Source of the DNA: Candidatus Moraniibacteriota bacterium
GTDB taxonomy: Bacteria > Patescibacteriota > Minisyncoccia > Moranbacterales > UBA2206
Direction: 5' to 3'
DNA: 64,000 bases
Assembly (NCBI GenBank): GCA_013334765.1
Contig: JAAXWW010000005.1
Coordinates: 28,350 to 92,349 of the forward strand
In this document: positions 45,679 through 53,787 of the stretch, piece by piece
Layout of the letters: every line of letters begins with the position of its first letter
Numbering within the stretch: the stretch's first letter is position 1
Translations under genes and position numbers: made by a program
The notes under the pieces: generated by a model
What the model saw: the letters and a program-made list of their open reading frames with translations, nothing else
Databases searched by the model: none
Told to the model about the DNA's origin: nothing

Positions 45679-46509
45679 ATGAACAACACAAACAGCCACA
45701 TCGCCATCTTCGAAGGAAAATCCATCAGGAAAATCATCTATCAGAATGAGTGGTGGTTTTCGGTGGTTGATGTTTGCATGGTTCTTACTGGTAGTCCAGA
45801 CCCAGGGGCCTATTGGAGGAAGTTAAAACAACGGCTAATAGCCGAAGGAGGTGAAGTCGTGACATTTTGTCACGGGTTGAAATTGCCAGCTCCGGACGGT
45901 AAAATGAGGGAGACTGATTGCGCCAACACTGAAGGAATGTTCAGAATCATCCAATCAATCCCCTCGCCCAAAGCCGAGCCATTGAAGCGTTGGCTAGCTA
46001 AAGTCGGTTATGAGCGTATTCAAGAGGTAGAAAATCCCGAATTAGCAACAAAAAGAACCAGGATGCTTTACAAACTCAAGGGATATCCTGAAGACTGGAT
46101 CGAAAAACGAATGCGCGGTATCGCTATCCGGGAAGAACTGACTGAAGAATGGAATAAACGCGGAGCAGAAACCGATCGGGATTATGAGATTCTAACCGCA
46201 GAAATTTCACAGGCGACTTTTGGAATGAAGCCGAGTGAATACAAGAAACTAAAAGGATTGAAACGAGAGAATCTTCGCGATCATATGGACGACTTCGAAT
46301 TGATCCTTACCATGTTGGGCGAAAGAACTACTACTGAAATACATAAAACCAGGGATTCCAAGGGATTGCCGCGACTCAAAGATGATGCTCGCAGAGGCGG
46401 ATCAGTTGCCGGAACCGCCAGAAAACAAATCGAAAGACAAATAGGCAGACCGGTGGTTTCAAAAAACAATTTCTTGAAACAGAAAAACGACAAAGGATTG
46501 AAGAAATAA
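45679..46509 (+). CDS. DinD-like/Bro-N domain protein, paralogue 2
   Basis: IAIFEGKSIRKIIYQNEWWFSVVDVCMVL, AEPLKRWLAKVGYERIQE and KKLKGLKRENLRDHMDDFELILTMLGERTTTEI match the DinD family. It is collinear with paralogue 1. Confidence 0.75.
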   Translation: MNNTNSHIAIFEGKSIRKIIYQNEWWFSVVDVCMVLTGSPDPGAYWRKLKQRLIAEGGEVVTFCHGLKLPAPDGKMRETDCANTEGMFRIIQSIPSPKAEPLKRWLAKVGYERIQEVENPELATKRTRMLYKLKGYPEDWIEKRMRGIAIREELTEEWNKRGAETDRDYEILTAEISQATFGMKPSEYKKLKGLKRENLRDHMDDFELILTMLGERTTTEIHKTRDSKGLPRLKDDARRGGSVAGTARKQIERQIGRPVVSKNNFLKQKNDKGLKK

Positions 46510-46555
46510 ATTTTCCCAACCCTGATTGGATTCAATAATAAATAACAAACCGATC

Positions 46556-47644
46556 TTAGTCTTCGATAATCTTCTTTATCAGCCCGGCGCACTTCTCCCA
46601 GCTGAATCTTTTGATATTCTCTTTGCCCTTCTGTATCATCTCATTGGCCAGCTTTTCGTCCGTTATGAGGGAAAGAGCTGCTCCGGCTATGAACTCAGGC
46701 TCGCGAGGATCGACTAGGAGCGCGCTTCCCTCGGCAACCTCAGTAAGAGACGATACGTTCGAAGAAACGACTGGCACGCCCGCATTCTGAGCCTCGAGGA
46801 TAGGAAGGCCGAAACCTTCATAGAAAGTCGGGAAAAGGAAGACTGACGCGCCTTCAAGCAGTTCCTGTTTCTTTTCGGCGTTCACGAATCCGGTCTCGAC
46901 TATTTCCGCCTTAAATTCGCTTTTTTCGATCTGTTTTTTTATATCCTCATATCCGTGTCCCGGACGGCCGATGAGCACGAGGCGATGAGGAATGCCATGC
47001 TTGGATTTCAATATTTCAAACGCCCTTATCATCCCCTCGATATTCTTCCGTTTCTCTATCCTGCCGATGAACAATAAATAAGGATCATTCTTATCATCTT
47101 TTGACTTTTTTCCGCCAACTGGCGGATTAACTTCTGACTTTTCTTCATATCCTTCATATATGACGCTTATCTTCTCTTTCGGGACTTCATAGATATTGGT
47201 CAGGTCTTTTCTCGTGCTTCTGGAAACGCTTATTATCTTTTTCGCCCACTGGCATGATTTCTTGATGGACATGCGCATATAGAAGCGCTCCCAGGGAGAA
47301 TAGGCTTCCGGCATCACTTCGAACTCGAGCCCATGGATCGTGACAACGGTGTTTTCAGGATGGATTATCGGAACAGTGTGAGCCGGAACGAACAAGGCGT
47401 CGACCGGATGGAGCATGAGCTCCAATGAAAGCCCGATCTGAGTCCAGAACCGGCTGAATCTTATCTTTTTCATCCTCCAATTGGATGGCAGCTCGAAATC
47501 AGGCATCTGTTTGCTTCTCAGATACAAAATGACCTGATGGTCATTCAGTTTTCCTGCAAGATGCCTTATGGTCCGATATGAATATTCCTCAATTCCCGTC
47601 CTCTGCTTCAAAAAAGCGCGCGAGCCGTCTATGCCTATTTTCAT
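46556..47644 (-). CDS. GT4-family glycosyltransferase
   Basis: FLFPTFYEGFGLPILEAQNAGVPVVSS is the E-x7-E motif. Confidence 0.85.
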   Translation of the reverse strand: MKIGIDGSRAFLKQRTGIEEYSYRTIRHLAGKLNDHQVILYLRSKQMPDFELPSNWRMKKIRFSRFWTQIGLSLELMLHPVDALFVPAHTVPIIHPENTVVTIHGLEFEVMPEAYSPWERFYMRMSIKKSCQWAKKIISVSRSTRKDLTNIYEVPKEKISVIYEGYEEKSEVNPPVGGKKSKDDKNDPYLLFIGRIEKRKNIEGMIRAFEILKSKHGIPHRLVLIGRPGHGYEDIKKQIEKSEFKAEIVETGFVNAEKKQELLEGASVFLFPTFYEGFGLPILEAQNAGVPVVSSNVSSLTEVAEGSALLVDPREPEFIAGAALSLITDEKLANEMIQKGKENIKRFSWEKCAGLIKKIIED

Positions 47645-47667
47645 GGGTGTTTTTGTTTTATGTATTT

Positions 47668-47788
47668 CTCTACGAATTACGAATTTTACGAAATTACGAA
47701 TTTTTTACTGAATGATAAAATAAAAATAACAAAAATAATTTTGCTAAGAAGATGTTCGTATATTCGTAATGATTCGTAGTTCGTAGAG
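47668..47788. repeat. Composite inverted-repeat element built from TACGAAT heptads around an AT-rich spacer
   Basis: The left arm CTCTACGAATTACGAATTTTACGAAATTACGAAT (47668-47701) faces the right arm, whose reverse complement is CTCTACGAACTACGAATCATTACGAATATACGAAC (47752-47788). They flank a 50-nt spacer of about 90% A/T. Confidence 0.6.
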
Positions 47789-47818
47789 ACCGTAGGAACC
47801 ATACATATACAGAAAGTA

Positions 47819-48826
47819 TTACTTACTCAGCATTATCGTTCTCTTGTATAGCTCAAGATTCTCAAGCGCGATTCCGATTCCTTTGATGACGCAGAACAGC
47901 GCTTCGTCCGCGACATAGCACGGAACACCGATGGTTTTGGTGATCAGCTGATCAAGGTTGCGAAGCAGCGCTCCGCCGCCGGATAGCACCATCCCCTTGT
48001 CCATTATGTCGGCAGCCAACTCTGGCGGAGTTTCCTGAAGGACTTTCTTGATAGCATTGATGACTTCGCGCAGTTCGTCTTGAATAGCTTCCGTAACTTC
48101 GTTGGATGATATCTTCACCGTGCGCGGCAACCCTCCCGTGAGGTCCCGGCCCCTGACTTCCATATAGTCTTCCTTCACTTGAGGAAGCGCTGAACCGATC
48201 TTTATCTTCACATCCTCCGCGGTCCTGTCCCCGATCGCTAGGCTGTATTTTCGCTTGATATAGTCCGCGATAGCCTGATCGATCTTGTTGCCGCCGATCC
48301 TGGCGCTGGTGGCGGAGACTATTCCGCCGAGGGATATTACTGCCACTTCGCTCGTTCCTCCACCGATATCGATGATCATGTTCCCGGCCGGATTATTGAT
48401 GGGAATTCCAGCTCCGATCGCTGCCAGAACAGGCTCGCGGACAACATAGGCGGATTTGGCTCCGGCACGGATCGCAGCGTCGATGACGGCGCGCCTCTCT
48501 GTCGAAGTCACTCCGACCGGAATAGATATCATGATTTCAGGCCTCACGAAACGGAACTTGCCGCTCACTTTATTGATGAAATATTTGAGCATGGCTTCGG
48601 TTATCTTGTAGTCAGCAATGACTCCGTCTCTCATCGGGCGGCTAGCCACGATGGAATCCGGCGTGCGCCCCAGCATTTCTTTGGCATCATTGCCCACTGC
48701 CAAAACCTTGTTTTCCAAAACAGAAATGGCCACCACTGACGGCTCATTCGACACTATCCCCTTCCCCGGAACATACACCAAGACATTGGCCGTCCCCAGA
48801 TCGATTCCGATTTTTCTTATCAGCAT
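47819..48826 (-). CDS. mreB: Rod-shape-determining actin homologue MreB
   Basis: IGIDLGTANVLVYV, the phosphate loops and DIGGGTSEVA are present. Confidence 0.9.
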   Translation of the reverse strand: MLIRKIGIDLGTANVLVYVPGKGIVSNEPSVVAISVLENKVLAVGNDAKEMLGRTPDSIVASRPMRDGVIADYKITEAMLKYFINKVSGKFRFVRPEIMISIPVGVTSTERRAVIDAAIRAGAKSAYVVREPVLAAIGAGIPINNPAGNMIIDIGGGTSEVAVISLGGIVSATSARIGGNKIDQAIADYIKRKYSLAIGDRTAEDVKIKIGSALPQVKEDYMEVRGRDLTGGLPRTVKISSNEVTEAIQDELREVINAIKKVLQETPPELAADIMDKGMVLSGGGALLRNLDQLITKTIGVPCYVADEALFCVIKGIGIALENLELYKRTIMLSK

Positions 48827-48840
48827 AGATTTTTTCGTTA

Positions 48841-49521
48841 TTATAATTTCCCCTGTACTTCTTTTTCCAGTCTTTTTAGAAAATCCTTATATAATTTCAG
48901 CCGTTCTTTTGCAATTTTTTTCGCCTTGGCAGTATGCATTTTATCCGCTAAGTATTTCAACTTTGTCTCAAATTCTATTTGCGGACTGTGTTTTGACTTA
49001 TCCTGAATCCTACCTCCGATTTTTCCACTCAGATTTTCCTTAGCATATTTTTCCAGATTTTCTACTTTCTTGTATATATTAGCGTTGTTTTTTCCCACCC
49101 AAACAAAGGAGCGCGCTACGCCTATAGCACCTAGTGCATCCAGCTTATCGGCATCAAATAATAATTTAGCCTCCAAAGTCTTCGGCTCATGATTGTTCTT
49201 ATATCGATGAGAAATAATGCAGTCCTTGATATGATCGATCTTATCTTCTGAAAATCCCAATTCTCTCAAAATAGGCTCCGCCATTTTGCTGCTTTCAACA
49301 GCATGATCAGTCTTTCCGCTTTTATCTTCTAATTCTCTAGCTCCGCCGATGTCATGCAGCAGTGTAGCCGTTTGCAGCACTTCCCTGTCTATTTTTTCGC
49401 CCTGAGCTAAATGCAGGCAGATATTATACACTCGCATCACGTGGTCAATATTATGCCCCGGACACACCATTTCCTTCGTCACATATGCTTTTATTTTCTC
49501 AACTCTTTCTTTGCTTGTCAT
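48841..49521 (-). CDS. HD-domain phosphohydrolase
   Basis: H...HD...D motif residues are HNIDHVMRV, LLHDIGG and LFDADKLDALG. Confidence 0.8.
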   Translation of the reverse strand: MTSKERVEKIKAYVTKEMVCPGHNIDHVMRVYNICLHLAQGEKIDREVLQTATLLHDIGGARELEDKSGKTDHAVESSKMAEPILRELGFSEDKIDHIKDCIISHRYKNNHEPKTLEAKLLFDADKLDALGAIGVARSFVWVGKNNANIYKKVENLEKYAKENLSGKIGGRIQDKSKHSPQIEFETKLKYLADKMHTAKAKKIAKERLKLYKDFLKRLEKEVQGKL

Positions 49522-49583
49522 ATGATCCTGATTTATAGGAATTTGTTATTCGCATATTAGTAAAAATTCGTGTTTTGTGGGGA

Positions 49584-49904
49584 TTACCTAAATTCACTTA
49601 TTCTCACTTTCCCATTTATATTCCTCGCTTCCCTACTCATGATTTTTTCATATTTATTCTGGAACGCTTCGTCGAATTCTTCCTCGGAAACTTCCATACT
49701 TATCAGATTACCCACGATTAGATTGAACAAATCAACATTCTCCTCAATTATTTCCTCCCTTGATTTTCCCTTAGTGACAGCCTGAGCCAGTTCTCCCAAT
49801 TCTTCGATCATAAGATTGAGTCGGAACTGCATATCCTCATTATTCGATTCTTTCATTCCATGCTTGTCATGGAATTTTTGGATTGCTTTAAAATATTTTT
49901 TCAT
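49584..49904 (-). CDS. MazG-like all-alpha NTP pyrophosphohydrolase
   Basis: LMIEELGELAQAV is the EExxE metal-binding helix. The start is taken at MKKYFKAIQ. The track ORF start at 49973 would overlap the next gene. Confidence 0.65.
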   Translation of the reverse strand: MKKYFKAIQKFHDKHGMKESNNEDMQFRLNLMIEELGELAQAVTKGKSREEIIEENVDLFNLIVGNLISMEVSEEEFDEAFQNKYEKIMSREARNINGKVRISEFR

Positions 49905-49906
49905 TT

Positions 49907-50320
49907 CTATTTTATAAGACTCAAGTCTCCGTTGATAACAATAGGCCTGACTGCTTCTATCTCCGACTTGCAATATGGCATTTCAGGAATCGGATTGAGC
50001 ATGAATATTTTTTGATTAAGCACATGAGCAAAGCCGATTTCCATAAGCGTATTTCCTCCAACATAGTTCTCAATCCCATTCTTATCGAAATTCAACACCA
50101 ACACTGCATCTGCTCCCTGCATAGCTCGCCAAAATTCACGAATAGCATCCATGTTGTTCTTCTGATGAATTTTTATTTCCTCGATTTGTTCCGCATTCTT
50201 TCCTATCATCGATTTATGGAGGTCTGTAACAAAAGCATCATGTCCCAACTTTTTGAGCTGATCACAATATTCAACCATCTTGTCCGTAAATTGCATCGAG
50301 CCGATTATTCCTATTTGCAT
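49907..50320 (-). CDS. Nucleoside 2-deoxyribosyltransferase-like / LOG-like (SLOG superfamily) Rossmann protein
   Basis: MQIGIIGS...ADAVLVLNFDKNGIENYVGGNTLMEIGFAHVL resembles the Nuc_deoxyrib_tr / LOG PGGxGTxxE-type motif. Confidence 0.55.
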   Translation of the reverse strand: MQIGIIGSMQFTDKMVEYCDQLKKLGHDAFVTDLHKSMIGKNAEQIEEIKIHQKNNMDAIREFWRAMQGADAVLVLNFDKNGIENYVGGNTLMEIGFAHVLNQKIFMLNPIPEMPYCKSEIEAVRPIVINGDLSLIK

Positions 50321-50321
50321 A

Positions 50322-51590
50322 TTAATTCTCTTTAACCCTCTTAATATCCACCCCCAGCTTCTGCAATCTCTCTTCGATCTTCTCGTATCCCCTGTCTATC
50401 TGATATATATTGTCGATAACAGTTTTCCCTTTGGCTATCATCCCGGCCAGGATCATGGTGATGCCAGCGCGGAGATCGGGGCTGGTAAGCCTTTTTCCAT
50501 AGAGCTCGGTCGGGCCGCTCACGACGACCCGGTGAGGATCGCACATGATGATGTTGGCTCCCATGGTGTTCAACTGATCAGTGAAAAACAGCCTGCCTTC
50601 GAAAATCGCTTCATGGATTATGCTTATGCCTTTTGCTTGAGTCATGAGGAGCGTATACGGCGGCTGGATGTCAGTCGCGAATCCAGGATATTCATGAGTG
50701 GCTATCGAAGTCGCGATCAGGTCGCTTTTTTTCGTTGTGATATAGTCCTCGCCTATTTCAAGATTGGCACCGGCTTTTTTGAGAATCGGAATGACAGCGC
50801 CGAGGTGCTCAGGAATGCAGTTCTTGACGGTTATTTCACTCTTAGTGAGAAGCCCCATCATGACGAACGTTCCGGCTTCGATCCTGTCGGGAATCACTCG
50901 GAACTCTCCGCCTGAGATTTCCTTCACTCCTTCGATTTCGATCGTCGGGCTTCCGGCTCCTTTTATTTTCGCTCCGCATGAATTGAGATATTCGGCCAGG
51001 ACCGATATTTCCGGTTCCATGGCAGCATTCCTGAGAATGGTTTTCCCTTCAGCCAGAACCGCTGCCATCACCATCGTTTCCGTTCCGGTGACCGTAACTT
51101 TCGGAAAGAATATATCAGCGCCTTTCAGTTTTCCGTCTTTTGCTTTGAGAATGAAAGCCTCTTCTTCCCACTGCACTTCAGCTCCGAATGCGCCAAAGCC
51201 ATCGAGGAACATATCAATGGGACGTTTCCCGATAACGCACCCGCCAGGATGAGACATCTTGACTTCTCCGAATCTCGAAAGCATCGGACCTGCCAATATG
51301 ATCGAAGAACGGAGTTTCCTGACCAGTGTTTCGCTAAGAGCGGTCTTGCTGATTCCGGTCGGATCTATTTCAACGGTTTTCTGAGACTCGTCCGATTCGA
51401 TCTTGGCACCCAGGTCTTCCAGGAGTTCCAGCATCCGGCGGATGTCTTCTATGAATGGCAGGTTGGTTATCTTGCATTTTCCGGACATAAGGACTATTGC
51501 CGGAAGGATCTTCAGAGCGAAGTTCTTCGCACCATTGACTTCGATTTCCCCATGGAGCTCATTGCCTCCGATTACCTCGAAATTTTCCAT
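50322..51590 (-). CDS. murA: UDP-N-acetylglucosamine 1-carboxyvinyltransferase
   Basis: MENFEVIGGNELHGEIEVNGAKNFALKILPA aligns with E. coli MurA, as does the C-terminal DNIYQIDRGYEKIEERLQKLG. Confidence 0.9.
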   Translation of the reverse strand: MENFEVIGGNELHGEIEVNGAKNFALKILPAIVLMSGKCKITNLPFIEDIRRMLELLEDLGAKIESDESQKTVEIDPTGISKTALSETLVRKLRSSIILAGPMLSRFGEVKMSHPGGCVIGKRPIDMFLDGFGAFGAEVQWEEEAFILKAKDGKLKGADIFFPKVTVTGTETMVMAAVLAEGKTILRNAAMEPEISVLAEYLNSCGAKIKGAGSPTIEIEGVKEISGGEFRVIPDRIEAGTFVMMGLLTKSEITVKNCIPEHLGAVIPILKKAGANLEIGEDYITTKKSDLIATSIATHEYPGFATDIQPPYTLLMTQAKGISIIHEAIFEGRLFFTDQLNTMGANIIMCDPHRVVVSGPTELYGKRLTSPDLRAGITMILAGMIAKGKTVIDNIYQIDRGYEKIEERLQKLGVDIKRVKEN

Positions 51591-51712
51591 ATAAATGGCT
51601 TAGATTTGTTATTTATGGGTTCTTGCGGATATATCTAACTATATATCAAAACCAGGTTGAAATCAAATCAAAAAAGAGCTGTTCAAGGCTCTTTTTCACA
51701 AAAACTAAAGGC

Positions 51713-52960
51713 TTAGATAAGGTCTTTGTAGTGCTTCGACCAATATATGATTCCGTCTATATACGGCTTATAGCTCGTACCGAGATAATATTTAGCGGCT
51801 AAGCGGAAGGCTGATTCCTTGCCGGATGTCACGCCGGGCGTCCTGCTGAGCTTCAATGCCATAGCCACCACGCCATCCGTCAGGTTCCATGGGCTCGGAT
51901 TATCATGACCCGTGACAGATGATACTTGGCTCTTGTATGCATTCCAAGTATCCGGCATGAACTGCGCCACTCCCATCGCCCCTCCGGTTCCTGCATAGCC
52001 GCTTGGGTTGCAGGAAACTTTCTGTTTTTGATAATTAAGATCCAATTCGTCACAAATAGCTTTGAAAGTTTTGCGCCTTGCCTGAAATGTATTCCATGCA
52101 GTCTTGCCTAATTTTCCTTTTTTATAATTCGCCTCAGCGCCATCCTCTACCTGGGCATATGTGCAACCGCCGACGTTCGCCCCGAGATTGGTTTCCATCT
52201 TAAGGACTCCGACAAGAAATCCCACCGGAACATCCGTCTTGTCGCTGGCATATTTCACGGCGTCCTTGATGTCTTTGGCATCGTAGTTCGATCCCAACAA
52301 CTTATTCAAGTCGCTTTGCAATTCCGCGAATTTCTTCTGAAGATCGGCGATGTCGCTCTGAGTGTCCTGAATATTGTCGACTATCTGAGACTGCTGGACC
52401 TGCTGGGTAGCAAGCTGCTGTTTGGTGTCCTGGTTTTGGTCGGCTAGTTTTTCCTTCGCCAACTGAGCTTCAGTCTTGGCATCATTGATGACCTCTATCG
52501 CATCGGATATCTTGTTCTTGATATCAACCATCCTATCATATCCGGAAGACAGCTCATCCAGATTCGCATCGGACATGGCAAGCTCCGTCACCGCATCAGC
52601 CGAGTCGGTATAGTATATCTGGCGCAGGTATTCCGCCAACATAGTCTTGTTCGATTCAGCCCGGTCATTAAGATTGCCGAGTTCCTCTTCCTGTCTCTTG
52701 ATGTCAGCCTCAAGACTTTTCATAAGCGCCTGGGTCGCCGCTATCTGGGATTTGTTCTTATATAGTTTCGACTGCTCCGCTGCCAATTCCGCTTGGGCTT
52801 CTTTCTGTTTCTTAAGAAGATCGTCGAGTTTGTCTTGGATTTTTTCAGCCGAAGTGTCCGCTTGCGCCACATTTTTGGAAAACGGAAAAACGCCAGTCAA
52901 AACAAGCGTCATGACAAGCACTGAGAGGAATATCTTTTTCATATTCTTAATCATCCACAT
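51713..52960 (-). CDS. Secreted lytic transglycosylase (SLT_2/MltB-like) with an N-terminal coiled-coil region
   Basis: A signal/anchor is followed by about 200 aa of Q/K/E/L-rich coiled coil. The C-terminal GGAMGVAQFMPDTWNAY matches the MltB-family GxMQFMPxTW motif. Confidence 0.7.
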   Translation of the reverse strand: MWMIKNMKKIFLSVLVMTLVLTGVFPFSKNVAQADTSAEKIQDKLDDLLKKQKEAQAELAAEQSKLYKNKSQIAATQALMKSLEADIKRQEEELGNLNDRAESNKTMLAEYLRQIYYTDSADAVTELAMSDANLDELSSGYDRMVDIKNKISDAIEVINDAKTEAQLAKEKLADQNQDTKQQLATQQVQQSQIVDNIQDTQSDIADLQKKFAELQSDLNKLLGSNYDAKDIKDAVKYASDKTDVPVGFLVGVLKMETNLGANVGGCTYAQVEDGAEANYKKGKLGKTAWNTFQARRKTFKAICDELDLNYQKQKVSCNPSGYAGTGGAMGVAQFMPDTWNAYKSQVSSVTGHDNPSPWNLTDGVVAMALKLSRTPGVTSGKESAFRLAAKYYLGTSYKPYIDGIIYWSKHYKDLI

Positions 52961-52980
52961 GATTATACCACAAAATGAAA

Positions 52981-53005
52981 ATATCCTCCAGCTGGTGGAG
53001 GATAT
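52981..53005 (-). terminator. Intrinsic terminator of rplY. A TGGTATAAT extended -10-like element for the next gene sits immediately downstream.
   Basis: An ATATCCTCCA-GCTGG-TGGAGGATAT hairpin is followed on the minus strand by TTTCATTTTGTGGTATAAT. Confidence 0.5.
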
Positions 53006-53028
53006 CTTCTCATATTCCGAATATTGCC

Positions 53029-53694
53029 TTATTTCCCTTTCTTTTCTTCTACTGCAGGAGCCTGCTCTTTCACCACTCCTTCGACTTTGGTGACATCAGC
53101 CTCGACTTTCTCCTCAAGTCCGGACAGCTCTTCCTCGCTTCGCGGAGGAGAAACCAATGCTACGACAGTTTCCGGTTCGAGTTCAATCTTCACTTTTGAG
53201 GAAATCTTCAGATCCTTGATACAGATATGATCATCGAATGTCTTGAGAGATGCGATATCGACTTCGATTTCAGATGGAAGATCGGCAGGAAGGCATTTCA
53301 CTGTGACAGCATCGATGCTTTTCACGAATATTCCGCCCAATTCCCTGACAGCCGGAGCCTCGCCAACAAATGACAGTTCGACTTCGGTTTCGATCTCTTC
53401 ATCCATCCTGACCTGGAAGAAATCTATGTGAGAATAGGCGCCTGAAAGCGGGTTTTTCTGCATGCCGTATATGAGGACATTCCTGTGATCCTTTCCGTCG
53501 ATAGCAAGGTCGATGACCGTGCTTTCTCCAGCGCTCTTCAAAAGCCTTTTGAGATCAAGAGCATTCACCCAGAGGCTGCTGCTTTCGACTCCCCTTCCAT
53601 AAACGACCGCTGGGACAAGGCCTTCTTTTCTTCCTTTATTGACTTTCCTTCCGAAAACATCGCGTGTTTTCGCTTCCAATTTCACTTTATCCAT
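53029..53694 (-). CDS. rplY: 50S ribosomal protein L25 / general stress protein Ctc
   Basis: MDKVKLEAKTRDVFGRKVNKGRKEGLVPAVVYGRG is the L25 N-terminus. Confidence 0.9.
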   Translation of the reverse strand: MDKVKLEAKTRDVFGRKVNKGRKEGLVPAVVYGRGVESSSLWVNALDLKRLLKSAGESTVIDLAIDGKDHRNVLIYGMQKNPLSGAYSHIDFFQVRMDEEIETEVELSFVGEAPAVRELGGIFVKSIDAVTVKCLPADLPSEIEVDIASLKTFDDHICIKDLKISSKVKIELEPETVVALVSPPRSEEELSGLEEKVEADVTKVEGVVKEQAPAVEEKKGK

Positions 53695-53787
53695 GATTTT
53701 CCGCTCTACCTATCCCGCCTTGGCGGGACCTCTCAAGCGCATGATTTGATTAATAAACACTCATCACAGTCTACCACACGGACGGCT

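Noticed and set aside
45443-45737. 78-82-aa minus-strand track ORFs between the DUF218 gene and dinD-like paralogue 2
   Set aside because: They are Cys/Phe-rich and overlap the putative operator/promoter of the plus-strand dinD-like gene. There is no RBS or start context, so they are likely non-coding.
47668-47788. Possible CRISPR array, considered because of short tandem repeats
   Set aside because: The repeat unit is only 7 nt with 0-3-nt gaps. There are no 25-40-nt spacers, and the repeats occur in both orientations. That is inconsistent with CRISPR. It is reported instead as a composite inverted-repeat element.
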